A DNA stretch of 64,000 nucleotides from Muribaculaceae bacterium (GCA_017546805.1 JAFYRT010000032.1:13574-77573), one strand, 5' to 3'. Counted from the first letter of the stretch, positions 49,837 through 59,387 are shown. The notes: generated by a model from the letters alone, not told the origin. Program-made: numbers and translations.

Positions 49837-50610
49837 CTATTTTAGCTTTTCGCGTATTGCATCTAAATATTTTATCATTCCATCGGCATCTTTTTTAGAT
49901 ACCATCTCTTGCAAAACCGAGAGTTGCTTTTGTATATCCTCCAGCTGTTGTGGCGTGTGAGGATTAAACAATATTTCGGTTAACAGATAATCATCTTCTG
50001 ACAACAATCCCCTCGCGATGTTCATGTGTTTTTTGAACGTTGTTCCGGGTGCATCCTGATGTTTCATTACACTTGCAAAGACCAATGTTGATGCAAATGG
50101 TATTGATAGAGAGTATGCTATTGTTTCGTCATGCTCTTTGAATGAGTACTCAAATATGTTGAGATGCAAACGACTGTAAAGGTCTTTGAAGAAGACTTTT
50201 CCCAAATGGTCACTCTCTGATATTATTATTGTGTTTTGAGTACTTAAATCGCTCAAATTGGCAAACGTGGGACCAAACATAGGGTGAGTAGAAACAAAGG
50301 GGCGTTTTACCTCTTGATAAAACTCTGGCAATCCTGTTTTCACAGACGCTATATCTGATATTATACACCTTTCGGGCAAATATGGAAGAACCTCTTTAAA
50401 TGCCTCAATTGTATACTTTATTGTTACTGCGTTTATCAACAAATCAGGAGCAAACTCTTTTACCTCATCTAAAGATGAAAATCTCAATGTATTAAAGGTA
50501 AATCGCAGACGATTGGGATCTTTGTCGAACATTGCAACTTCGTGGTCGAAGCTCAACACATCGGCAAAGAATGCTCCCATTTTACCCGCTCCCATTATTA
50601 GTATTTTCAT
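49837..50610 (-). CDS. tyrA: prephenate dehydrogenase
   Basis: 257 aa with the Rossmann N-terminus MKILIMGAGKMG. Its size and position downstream of DAHP synthase/chorismate mutase match Bacteroidales aro operons. Confidence 0.8.
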   Translation of the reverse strand: MKILIMGAGKMGAFFADVLSFDHEVAMFDKDPNRLRFTFNTLRFSSLDEVKEFAPDLLINAVTIKYTIEAFKEVLPYLPERCIISDIASVKTGLPEFYQEVKRPFVSTHPMFGPTFANLSDLSTQNTIIISESDHLGKVFFKDLYSRLHLNIFEYSFKEHDETIAYSLSIPFASTLVFASVMKHQDAPGTTFKKHMNIARGLLSEDDYLLTEILFNPHTPQQLEDIQKQLSVLQEMVSKKDADGMIKYLDAIREKLK

Positions 50611-50692
50611 AATTTTTTTATTTGCTTATATTGTAGGCGTAGCACTACGCCCAACTAACAAATTGCGGACGTAGCAGGCTACGTCCCTACTT

Positions 50693-51766
50693 TTAAGATT
50701 CCGCTTTTAATATCTCTACTTGTTGACGTACACTCTCCTCGTGAATTGCTTGCATAACTGTAAGCATAAAATCGCCCTTCATTTCGGCAGCCTCGGCTTG
50801 TTCTACTCGTTTTTTCAAAATCTCATCATAACGTGCTGCTTGCAAAACAGTCATTTTATGCTCTTTTTTGAATTTTCCAATCTCACGAGATACTCTCATT
50901 CGTTTTGCAAGAAGATCTATCAACTCGTTATCCAAAACGTCTATTTGTTTACGCAAATCTCCTAAGTCTTCAGTTGTTGTGTGAACATCGCGAATTACCA
51001 AATCATCTAATAACAAATCCAATGCTCCGGGAGTTATTTGTTGATTTTTATCACTCCATGCGTAATCGGGCGAGCAGTGAGTCTCTATGATAAGGCCATC
51101 GAATCCCATATCCATTGCATGTTGCGAAAGAGGTGCTACGAAATCGCGTTTTCCTCCAATATGACTTGGATCGCAGAATATTGGCAAGTTGGGGAAACGA
51201 CGACGCAACTCTATGGGTATGTGCCATTGTGGTGAGTTACGGTATACTTTTTCGTCGTAGTTACTGAATCCGCGATGTATTGCTCCAATTTTACGCAATC
51301 CTGCATTGTATATACGTTGAATACCTCCAATCCACAACTCTATATCGGGGTTTACGGGATTTTTAACAAGTACAGGGATATCTGCTCCTTTTAAGGCATC
51401 TGCAATCTCCTGCATTGCAAATGGATTGGCTGTTGTTCTTGCTCCTATCCACAATAAATCAACTCCGTGTTTCAATGCTTCAAGTACATGGTATTGGTTT
51501 GCAACCTCGGTAGCCACATACATTCCTGTTTCGGCTTTCACTTTTTTCAACCACAATAAGCCTTCGCTTCCTACTCCCTCAAAACCTCCCGGTTTGGTAC
51601 GTGGTTTCCAAATTCCTGCTCGGAATATTTTTACTCCACGTGATGCTAAATCACGAGCCGTTTCCATTACTTGGTCTTCTGTCTCTGCACTACAAGGGCC
51701 TGCTATTACCAAAGGACGTTTATCGTCTAATCCGGGTAAAGTGATTTTTTCAAATTGCATTTCCAT
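50693..51766 (-). CDS. bifunctional 3-deoxy-7-phosphoheptulonate synthase / chorismate mutase (type II)
   Basis: 357 aa. The N-terminal ~260 aa is a KDO8P-synthase-like class I-beta DAHP synthase. The C-terminal ~90 aa is a helical CM-II domain (LRKQIDVLDNELIDLLAKRMRVSREIGKFK). Confidence 0.85.
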   Translation of the reverse strand: MEMQFEKITLPGLDDKRPLVIAGPCSAETEDQVMETARDLASRGVKIFRAGIWKPRTKPGGFEGVGSEGLLWLKKVKAETGMYVATEVANQYHVLEALKHGVDLLWIGARTTANPFAMQEIADALKGADIPVLVKNPVNPDIELWIGGIQRIYNAGLRKIGAIHRGFSNYDEKVYRNSPQWHIPIELRRRFPNLPIFCDPSHIGGKRDFVAPLSQHAMDMGFDGLIIETHCSPDYAWSDKNQQITPGALDLLLDDLVIRDVHTTTEDLGDLRKQIDVLDNELIDLLAKRMRVSREIGKFKKEHKMTVLQAARYDEILKKRVEQAEAAEMKGDFMLTVMQAIHEESVRQQVEILKAES

Positions 51767-51799
51767 AATCGTATATATTTTATTGTTTATTATTCGTTT

Positions 51800-52963
51800 T
51801 TATAATATTGCTTTTATTCTCTCTTTTGCCTCTTTTAATTTCTCTTCTGTTGCACACAATGATATGCGTATAAAATTTTCTCCTTCGCTACCGAATACCA
51901 TTCCAGGGGTTATAAATACTCTTGCTTCGTATAGGATTTTATCTGCCAACTCTGCTCCATTTTTATACTTTTCTGGAACTTTTGCCCAAAGGAACATTCC
52001 ACGTTGTGCCGAATCGAACTTACATCCTAACATCGTTGCTATTTCTTCTGCCAACTCCCTACGAGGACGATAGATGTTGTTTATCTCCTCATACCACTCC
52101 TCTCCTAACATCAATGCCTCTGATGCAGCCAACTGCATTGAGCGGAATGTTCCTGAATCTATGTTGCTTTTTACTTTTAATATCCACGATACAAATTGTG
52201 CATTTGAAGCCAACATGCCTACACGCCAACCCGGCATGTTATGAGATTTACTCATTGAATTTAGCTCTATGCAAATATCTTTTGCTCCTTCAACTGATAA
52301 GATACTCAACGGATTGTTGTTTAGGATAAAACTATATGGATTGTCGTTTACAATTATTATTCCGTGTTTCTTACCAAATGCTACCAATTTTTCAAACAAC
52401 TCTTTTGTTGCCACTCTTCCTGTTGGCATATTTGGGTAGTTTACCCACATTAATTTTACGTTTGAAAGATCGTTTTTCTCTATCTCTTCAAAATCGGGCA
52501 ACCAATCGTTCTCCTCTTTTAGATTATAGGTTATTATGTTAGCCTCTGCTAATCTACTAACTGAACTGTATGTTGGATATCCCGGATTTGGAACCAACAC
52601 CCCATCTCCTGGATTTAAGAATGCTAACGATATGTGTAATATTCCCTCTTTTGAACCTATCAAAGGTTGTATTTCTGTTTTAGCATCCAACTCAACACTA
52701 AACCATTTTGAGTACCAAGTAGAGAACGACTCTCTCAATTTTGCTATTCCTACATATGGTTGGTATCCGTGAGCATCGCTTTGCTCTGCATCGTTACATA
52801 AAGCATCTATAACATCTTTGTGTGGCGGACGATCAGGACTTCCAATTCCCAAACTGATTACATTCAACCCTCGTGCATTCATTTCCGCTACCTCTTTCAG
52901 TTTTTTTGAAAAGTAGTACTCGCTTACTGTGGCTACTCTGTTTGCCGGTGTTATATTTTTCAT
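51800..52963 (-). CDS. class I/II PLP-dependent aminotransferase (probable aromatic/prephenate aminotransferase)
   Basis: PLP-lysine region SMSKSHNMPGWRVG. It is the first gene of the aro operon. I use the ATG at 52963 (MKNITPANRV), 14 nt after the attenuator T-run. Confidence 0.85.
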   Translation of the reverse strand: MKNITPANRVATVSEYYFSKKLKEVAEMNARGLNVISLGIGSPDRPPHKDVIDALCNDAEQSDAHGYQPYVGIAKLRESFSTWYSKWFSVELDAKTEIQPLIGSKEGILHISLAFLNPGDGVLVPNPGYPTYSSVSRLAEANIITYNLKEENDWLPDFEEIEKNDLSNVKLMWVNYPNMPTGRVATKELFEKLVAFGKKHGIIIVNDNPYSFILNNNPLSILSVEGAKDICIELNSMSKSHNMPGWRVGMLASNAQFVSWILKVKSNIDSGTFRSMQLAASEALMLGEEWYEEINNIYRPRRELAEEIATMLGCKFDSAQRGMFLWAKVPEKYKNGAELADKILYEARVFITPGMVFGSEGENFIRISLCATEEKLKEAKERIKAIL

Positions 52964-52976
52964 AGTTGTGATAAAT

Positions 52977-53003
52977 AAAAAAATCCCGCTCATGAGAGCG
53001 GGA
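52977..53003 (-). terminator. attenuator terminator of the aro operon leader
   Basis: Minus strand: TCCCGCTC tcat GAGCGGGA (perfect 8-bp stem) followed by T7. Confidence 0.8.
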
Positions 53004-53059
53004 CTTTGTATTTTTCTTTAATATTATTTTTTTAATCTCACATACACAAACTCCCGCTC
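52977..53059 (-). promoter_or_regulatory. transcription attenuator with mutually exclusive antiterminator and terminator
   Basis: Segment 1 GAGCGGGAGTTTG (53047-53059) starts immediately after the leader stop codon. It can pair with segment 2 CAAAGTCCCGCTC (52996-53008) as 8 bp + 4 bp around one mismatch. Segment 2 is also the 5' arm of the terminator. Confidence 0.7.
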
Positions 53060-53125
53060 TTACTTAGCAAAAAAGTAAAAGTAATAAAAAAAGAAGTATG
53101 CAAATGTAGATTGTAAATTTTTCAT
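53060..53125 (-). CDS. Phe/Tyr-rich leader peptide MKNLQSTFAYFFFYYFYFFAK
   Basis: Hand-translated 21-codon ORF (ATG..TAA) with 7 Phe and 4 Tyr among its last 14 residues. It lies between a consensus promoter and the attenuator hairpins. Confidence 0.7.
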   Translation of the reverse strand: MKNLQSTFAYFFFYYFYFFAK

Positions 53126-53159
53126 CGCTTAAAATACGTTTATTAGGTTTCAGACGTTG

Positions 53160-53190
53160 CAAAGGTATAGATATTTTTTTTTCTTCCAAA
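53160..53190 (-). promoter_or_regulatory. Bacteroidota-type promoter of the aro leader (TTTG-N19-TACCTTTG)
   Basis: On the minus strand, -33 TTTG is at 53187-53190 and -7 TACCTTTG at 53160-53167, with a 19-nt spacer. The leader ATG is about 35 nt downstream. Confidence 0.6.
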
Positions 53191-53282
53191 TTTTTTTCCA
53201 AGAATTTTAAAAAAAATTTTTACTCGGAAATATCTATAATGTTTTTCGCCTTGATAATCAACAATATTAAAGTTTATATTTT

Positions 53283-54395
53283 TTAATAGACAAACGGCGG
53301 TGGCGACATCATGGTAGAGGGCATATATCCCGGACCCCACTCATTCCAAGGAGTGAGAACTATTCTTAGGTTGATATCTCCATAGGTATGCAACTCGAAT
53401 ATCGGATTTTCTCGACAATTCAAATAGACCAACGATGGACATAGAGATACATCGAGTGTAGATATGGAGTTATCACTGCAATTGAGATGTTGCAATAGTG
53501 TTCTTGCGTGCAAATCAAGATTATCAATACTGTTATAAGAACAATCAATAAACGAAAGGTATCCACAGCCTTCAATATTTAATTCTCTTATACCGTTATA
53601 TGAACAATCGAGATAGGAGAGATTTGGCAGGTTATTTACAGAAAAATATTCCATATTGTTATTACTGCAATAAAGAGTTGTTAGACGAGTCAAATCGGAT
53701 GGTGTAAATTGCGTTACATTGTTGTTGTCAATATTCAAATTTGATAACAATGGAATGTTTGTCAAATCTATTTCTGATAGATTATTATATCCACAATAGA
53801 GATTCATTAATGAATCGCAACCAGAAACTGTTATGGTCGTTAGTTTACACCCTTGTATATTGAGAGTTTTCAAACTCTTTGAAACCGATGCATCAAACGA
53901 TGCAAAGTTATTGTCTCCACAATTCAGAAATTGCAAGGATGGAAGTTGTGATAAATCAAGCGAGGTTAGACGATTTTTAAAACATAACAATCGTTGTAAA
54001 GAGGGACAATTTGTTATATTCAACTCCTCGATATGATTATTAGAAACGTTCAACGTTTTCAGTTTTTCACATCCTGACAGATTTACCGCAGAGAGCTTAT
54101 TCCTTGATAAATCTACACTTTGCAGAGCCTTCATCTCCGATAAATCCAAACTTCCCGAAAGAGAGTAACCTCGCCACATAATGGATTTTACATGTCCATT
54201 ACTCCACTCCACCCCATTCCACGAAGTTGGGGAATTCAAATCTTTTATACCGATCAGTTGCGCATTGCTTTTGTTTGAGTGCGAAGGGTGCTGTAAAAAT
54301 GTTTTTAACTGTTTAACTTCGGTTTTAGAGAGCTGTTGCGCATTTACCATTATTGTTGTAATCACAACAAGTGTTAGAAGCAAATATCTTTTCAT
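53283..54395 (-). CDS. secreted leucine-rich repeat protein
   Basis: 370 aa with a signal peptide (VNAQ) and about 12 tandem ~22-residue LRRs (L..L.C..N.L..LDLS..P.L). There is no recognisable T9SS CTD, and the C-terminal tail is unusual (GPGYMPSTMMSPPPFVY). Confidence 0.8.
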   Translation of the reverse strand: MKRYLLLTLVVITTIMVNAQQLSKTEVKQLKTFLQHPSHSNKSNAQLIGIKDLNSPTSWNGVEWSNGHVKSIMWRGYSLSGSLDLSEMKALQSVDLSRNKLSAVNLSGCEKLKTLNVSNNHIEELNITNCPSLQRLLCFKNRLTSLDLSQLPSLQFLNCGDNNFASFDASVSKSLKTLNIQGCKLTTITVSGCDSLMNLYCGYNNLSEIDLTNIPLLSNLNIDNNNVTQFTPSDLTRLTTLYCSNNNMEYFSVNNLPNLSYLDCSYNGIRELNIEGCGYLSFIDCSYNSIDNLDLHARTLLQHLNCSDNSISTLDVSLCPSLVYLNCRENPIFELHTYGDINLRIVLTPWNEWGPGYMPSTMMSPPPFVY

Positions 54396-54465
54396 ACGAC
54401 AAAAAAAATAGTATATGCGTTAAACATATACTACTTATAAAAAGTTTTGCTAAACAACAAATATG

Positions 54466-55308
54466 CTATTTTATCAATTCAATGGTCTTTGGTGTAATAT
54501 TAATAAGTTTTGCTTTATATAATGAACCTATTGCTTTTTTATAGCTCTTTTTACTACATCCAAATATTTCGGCAATCTCTTCGGCTGATGATTTATCTGA
54601 CAAAGGTATTATTCCGCCCGATGCTTTTAATTTTTCGAATATCTCTTTTGCAAGTGCATCCATTGCCTCTACATCGTATCCTGTCTTTTGGAGTGTAATA
54701 TCCAATTTCTCGTCACTGCGAATATGTTTTACATAACCCTTTATTCTATCTCCTTTTTGTATGGGAACAAATATCTCATTATCGTATATCATTCCACTAT
54801 GGCGACTGTTTACTATAACTTTCCACCCTAAATCTGTTTTTTGAGTCACAAGCAAATCAACCTCTTGGTTATACTCATATTCAACAGGTGTGTTATCTAA
54901 AAACTTATTGAGTTTTGCCGAAGCCACAAGTCTGCGACTTTCAACGTCGGCATAGATATATACTATATATTTATAGCCCTGCTTCATCTCGCTGCGTTGC
55001 TCACGAAAAGGAACCAACAAATCTTTTGGTAATCCCCAATCCAAGAACGCTCCTACCCTGTTTACTGATGCAACCTGCAAATATGCAAACTCTCCTGCTT
55101 GTGCAAATGGACGAAGAGTTGTTGCTATTATACGATCTTCTGAGTCGAGATAGAGAAAGACCTCTAATTCATCTCCAACCATTGTTCCTTTGGGAATATA
55201 TTTTGTTGGGAGCAATATCTCTCCAAACTCTTCACCTCCATCGAGGTACATTCCAAAATCTAACTCTTTAACCACTTTAAGAGTGCAATATTTTCCTAAT
55301 TGTATCAT
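54466..55308 (-). CDS. S1-like RNA-binding domain protein (CvfB/YitL family)
   Basis: 280 aa with repeated S1-like OB segments and a C-terminal winged-helix-like tail (IAEIFGCSKKSYKKAIGSLYK). Its start overlaps the tilS stop (ATGA). Confidence 0.75.
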   Translation of the reverse strand: MIQLGKYCTLKVVKELDFGMYLDGGEEFGEILLPTKYIPKGTMVGDELEVFLYLDSEDRIIATTLRPFAQAGEFAYLQVASVNRVGAFLDWGLPKDLLVPFREQRSEMKQGYKYIVYIYADVESRRLVASAKLNKFLDNTPVEYEYNQEVDLLVTQKTDLGWKVIVNSRHSGMIYDNEIFVPIQKGDRIKGYVKHIRSDEKLDITLQKTGYDVEAMDALAKEIFEKLKASGGIIPLSDKSSAEEIAEIFGCSKKSYKKAIGSLYKAKLINITPKTIELIK

Positions 55309-56630
55309 CTCTGTTTTATTGTAAATTTTACCACTCTTTGCGTAGAGGGTGTTACTTTATATTTATCGCTTTGACGTTCTCCCACCAACCACAATATCTC
55401 CTCTCCTGCAACCAAGAGCCATATCCTCTCTTTTTGTATGAGAGAGAATTTGTGAGTGGTAAAATAATCACTTAATTTTTGTGTTCCTTTCATACCAAAG
55501 GGCAAGAAGCGGTCTCCCATGCGCCAATGTCGCAGAATCAAATTTTGAGGTAATTTATCGGCATCGAAATATGCACAACTTTTGTCCCTTGTAAAGGGAG
55601 GCAACTCCTCTACTGAAATATATTCTGCCCTCAACATCTCCTCGGCAGGATAGTATATTAGGAAGTTATCTTCTTTTCCTAAAGGTGCAACAATGAGTTT
55701 ATCTCTGTCTTTTATTATACGGTGCGTAAGTGAAAAGAATCTCTTTCCTGACTCCTCAGAAAATGACGAAATAATATCATTCAACTGCGATGTTAAAAAG
55801 CCATATGGTTTCAATATTTCATACAATATTGTACGAACTGCTGTCTCTGAAGTGAGTTTTTGCAAATTGATATACACAACCTCATCTCGAATATCAACCA
55901 TTGACTCTATTTTTTTATTTAGAGCTTCACGATATATCAACTCTGTTTCGCTTAAATGAACTGCTGTTGCCTCTATTGCCTCGTAAACCGAAGGATTAAT
56001 CTCTTTCATTAATGGCAATATTCGATTGCGTATCTTGTTTCGAACATAGACACTCTCTTTATTGGAGCTGTCAATTACATAACTTAAAGAGCTTAATGCT
56101 ATATAATTTTCAACATCTTCGCGCGACAAACCAAGTATAGGGCGAATAACCGCTCCATTAAGCGAAGAAATACCTGTAAGCCCAGATATTCCTGTTCCCC
56201 TGATAAGATTTATCAATACCGTCTCAACGGAATCGCCGCGATGGTGTGCCACTGCCAAATATCTGCATCCAAGAGCTACGCGTTGAGTCTCAAACCACTC
56301 ATATCGCAATTCTCTACATGCCATTTCAACCGATATCTTCTTCTCGGCTGCATATCTTAGAGTGTCGAATTTCACCTCAATATATGGCACACCCAATTTT
56401 GTTGCTATCTGCTTTGCAAAATTGCGATCTCTATCAGACTCCTCTCCTCTCAACCCAAAATGACAATGTGCTGCAAAACAACAATATCCCAGTTCCTTTA
56501 GAATTGAAAGCAAAGCAACTGAATCTGCACCTCCGCTCAAACCAACAAGTATTTTGTCGTTTTGAACAAGTGGTATATTTTGTTGAATATACTCTTTTAC
56601 TTGCGATAATATTTGTTGTTTTGTTGTCAT
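55305..56630 (-). CDS. tilS: tRNA(Ile)-lysidine synthase
   Basis: 441 aa with the PP-loop GLSGGADSVAL and a TilS C-terminal substrate-binding domain. Confidence 0.9.
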   Translation of the reverse strand: MTTKQQILSQVKEYIQQNIPLVQNDKILVGLSGGADSVALLSILKELGYCCFAAHCHFGLRGEESDRDRNFAKQIATKLGVPYIEVKFDTLRYAAEKKISVEMACRELRYEWFETQRVALGCRYLAVAHHRGDSVETVLINLIRGTGISGLTGISSLNGAVIRPILGLSREDVENYIALSSLSYVIDSSNKESVYVRNKIRNRILPLMKEINPSVYEAIEATAVHLSETELIYREALNKKIESMVDIRDEVVYINLQKLTSETAVRTILYEILKPYGFLTSQLNDIISSFSEESGKRFFSLTHRIIKDRDKLIVAPLGKEDNFLIYYPAEEMLRAEYISVEELPPFTRDKSCAYFDADKLPQNLILRHWRMGDRFLPFGMKGTQKLSDYFTTHKFSLIQKERIWLLVAGEEILWLVGERQSDKYKVTPSTQRVVKFTIKQR

Positions 56631-56767
56631 TAAATGGTGTATGGTGTAAAAATCTACTGCGAAAATAATATTTTTAGAGCTATGGTGGAAATATTTATGA
56701 TAGTTTAATTATAAAAAGTCGCTTTAAATTATTATTTTTGCAAAGTTTTAAATAAAATTACTCTGTA

Positions 56768-57787
56768 ATGATAACAAAAATAGAGAATCTTAAAAAGGAA
56801 ATTGAAGCGTTAACAGCATCAAATGCCGAAGAGGTAGAGGCTTTACGCATTAAATATTTGAGCAAAAAAGGTGAGGTAACTTCGTTATTCAACGACTTTA
56901 GAACAGTACCTGCAGAACAAAAACGTGAGGTTGGTAAACTTCTTAACGAACTTAAAGAGTTTGCAACTGAAAAAATCAACACTATAAAAGAGGAGATTTT
57001 GAGCAACATTAAAGAGGATGACACTATCGACCTTACTCGTTCGGCTTATGTTTTGAAAAGAGGAACTCGTCACCCATTGGCTATTGTAAAGAATGAGATT
57101 TGCGATATATTTGGTAAACTTGGTTTCTCAATTGCTGAGGGTCCTGAGGTTGAGGATGATTGGCATGTATTTTCATCATTGAACTTTGCAGAAGACCACC
57201 CTGCTCGTGACATGCAAGACACTTTCTTTATTACTCGTAACCCCGATGTTCTTTTGCGTACACATACATCATCGGTTCAATCTCGCGTAATGGAGAAAAC
57301 ACAACCACCTATCCGCATTATATGTCCAGGACGTGTTTACAGAAACGAGGCTATCTCGGCTCGCGCACACTGTTTCTTCCACCAAGTTGAAGCATTGTAC
57401 GTTGATAAAAACGTAACATTTGCAGACCTTAAACAAGCTCTATTGTTCTTTGCAAAAGAGATGTTTGGTCCTGAAACAAAAATACGTTTGAGACCTTCAT
57501 ACTTCCCATTTACCGAGCCTTCGGCAGAGATGGATATCTCTTGTAACCTATGCGGAGGAAAAGGATGTTCGTTCTGTAAAGGTACAGGTTGGGTTGAAAT
57601 TCTTGGTTGCGGTATGGTTGACCCCAACGTTTTGGAAGCATGCGGTATTGACAGCAAAGAGTATACCGGTTACGCTTTAGGTATGGGTGTTGAGCGTATT
57701 ACAAACCTCAAATACCAAGTTAAAGACTTGCGTATGTTCTCTGAAAACGACAAGCGTTTCTTGGAGGAGTTTGAGGCTGCTTTATAG
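56768..57787 (+). CDS. pheS: phenylalanine--tRNA ligase alpha subunit
   Basis: 339 aa with an N-terminal coiled coil and class II motifs (HPARDMQDTF, FRNEAISARAH, GMGVERI). Confidence 0.95.
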   Translation: MITKIENLKKEIEALTASNAEEVEALRIKYLSKKGEVTSLFNDFRTVPAEQKREVGKLLNELKEFATEKINTIKEEILSNIKEDDTIDLTRSAYVLKRGTRHPLAIVKNEICDIFGKLGFSIAEGPEVEDDWHVFSSLNFAEDHPARDMQDTFFITRNPDVLLRTHTSSVQSRVMEKTQPPIRIICPGRVYRNEAISARAHCFFHQVEALYVDKNVTFADLKQALLFFAKEMFGPETKIRLRPSYFPFTEPSAEMDISCNLCGGKGCSFCKGTGWVEILGCGMVDPNVLEACGIDSKEYTGYALGMGVERITNLKYQVKDLRMFSENDKRFLEEFEAAL

Positions 57788-57790
57788 AGA

Positions 57791-58450
57791 ATGAAAATTC
57801 AAGACAGATATAACAATATTATAGATTGGTTTAAAACCAATATGCCCATAGCTGAAACGGAGTTAAATTACGAAACTCCGTTTCAGTTGCTTATTGCCGT
57901 CATACTTTCGGCTCAATGTACCGACAAAAGGGTAAATATGATTACCCCTGCCCTTTTTGAAGCATACCCCACCCCTGAAGTTCTTGCCGCTGCCACCCCC
58001 GAAGCAGTATTTGAATTGATAAGCAGTGTTTCGTACCCAAACAACAAGGCAAAGCATCTTGTTGGAATGGCAAAGAAGTTATTGTCTGATTTTAACGGAG
58101 ATGTTCCTGCCGATATTGACCAACTGCAAACATTACCCGGTGTGGGCAGAAAAACAGCAAACGTGATTGCGGCTGTTGTTTTCAACAAAGAGGCTATGCC
58201 TGTTGATACACATGTTTTCAGGGTGTCAAACAGAATTGGGCTTACCAACAATTCCAAGACTCCACTACAAACAGAAAAGACTCTTGTTAAATATATTCCG
58301 GGAGAATTGCTTCCTATTGCACACCATTGGCTTATTCTTCATGGCAGATATGTTTGCAAGGCTCGCAAACCCGACTGTTTGAATTGTGGCATTAAAGAGT
58401 GGTGTAAAAGTTATAATAAAGAGTATTCATCAAAAACAGATATAGTATGA
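57791..58450 (+). CDS. nth: endonuclease III
   Basis: 219 aa with HhH-GPD (LPGVGRKTANV) and the C-terminal 4Fe-4S cluster C-x6-C-x2-C-x5-C (CKARKPDCLNCGIKEWC). Confidence 0.92.
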   Translation: MKIQDRYNNIIDWFKTNMPIAETELNYETPFQLLIAVILSAQCTDKRVNMITPALFEAYPTPEVLAAATPEAVFELISSVSYPNNKAKHLVGMAKKLLSDFNGDVPADIDQLQTLPGVGRKTANVIAAVVFNKEAMPVDTHVFRVSNRIGLTNNSKTPLQTEKTLVKYIPGELLPIAHHWLILHGRYVCKARKPDCLNCGIKEWCKSYNKEYSSKTDIV

Positions 58451-58842
58451 AAAACGTTTTAAGAACAACATTTTTAATTGTTATAATGTATTGTTTTATG
58501 GCATGCGTAAATGCCTCAGACAACAAAAGCAACGATATAATTCTTGAACCTAAGGAATACATGGAGACATTGAAAGCTGACTCCACAGCATTTCTATTGG
58601 ACGTTCGCCGTGCAAGTGAATATGCAGAAGGGCATATACCTGGAGCCGCACAACTTGATGTTACTAACGAAGCTGAATTCCTAAAAGGAATAGAGAGTTT
58701 AGATAAAGAGAAGACAATATACATCTACTGCCGTAGCGGACGCAGAAGCCGTATTGCAGCAAAACACCTGATAGATAAAGGCTTTAATGTTGTTGACCTA
58801 AAAGGTGGTTATAGCGCATGGGAGACAATGTTTAATAATTAA
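58447..58842 (+). CDS. exported rhodanese-like domain protein
   Basis: 131 aa with a signal/lipoprotein-like N-terminus (CFMAC) and the active-site loop CRSGRRS. Its start overlaps the nth stop (ATGA). Confidence 0.8.
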   Translation: MKNVLRTTFLIVIMYCFMACVNASDNKSNDIILEPKEYMETLKADSTAFLLDVRRASEYAEGHIPGAAQLDVTNEAEFLKGIESLDKEKTIYIYCRSGRRSRIAAKHLIDKGFNVVDLKGGYSAWETMFNN

Positions 58843-58848
58843 ACGCTT

Positions 58849-59331
58849 CTAAAACAATTCAGTAATAGTTGCCCCAACATAATCAATCAATTGTTGGGGA
58901 TTTATTTTTAATTGTAATCCCCTAACCCCTGCGCTAACATATATATAAGGGAAATCAGTTGCAGTTGAATGAAAGAATGTCGGATATGGCTTCTTCATTC
59001 CTATAGGACAACATCCTCCTCGAATATAACCCGTAAGTGGCAATAACTCTTTCATTGCAATCATCTCTGCACTTTTGTTGCCCGACACTTTTGCCGCATA
59101 CTTAAGATTAACTTCACAATTCCCGGGAATTACACACACAAACAAGCCATTGCGGTCTCCGCGCAATACAAGAGTTTTGAATACCTGATTTATATCTTCT
59201 CCCAATTGGTCAGCAATATGCTGAGCTCCTAAGTCACTCTCATCTACAATATATGGTATCAACTCGTATGGTATCTTTGCCGCATCCAACAGACGTGCAA
59301 CATTTGTCTTATTTATCTTTTGAGGTTTCAT
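58849..59331 (-). CDS. ybaK: Cys-tRNA(Pro)/Cys-tRNA(Cys) deacylase YbaK
   Basis: 160 aa with YbaK/EbsC-type editing-domain features (KTLVL, GGCCPIGMKK). Confidence 0.8.
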   Translation of the reverse strand: MKPQKINKTNVARLLDAAKIPYELIPYIVDESDLGAQHIADQLGEDINQVFKTLVLRGDRNGLFVCVIPGNCEVNLKYAAKVSGNKSAEMIAMKELLPLTGYIRGGCCPIGMKKPYPTFFHSTATDFPYIYVSAGVRGLQLKINPQQLIDYVGATITELF

Positions 59332-59387
59332 TATTGTTATGAAGCAAATAATAACTACAAAGATATAAAAGTTTATAGTTATACACT

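Noticed and set aside
51426-52073. 215-aa plus-strand ORF spanning the DAHPS-CM / aminotransferase junction.
   Set aside because: It is antisense to two motif-supported genes and crosses their intergenic spacer. It is not a plausible gene.
53143-53340. 65-aa minus-strand ORF between the LRR gene and the aro leader.
   Set aside because: It overlaps the 3' end of the LRR gene and covers the promoter of the leader peptide. The 21-codon F/Y leader and the hairpins explain this region better.
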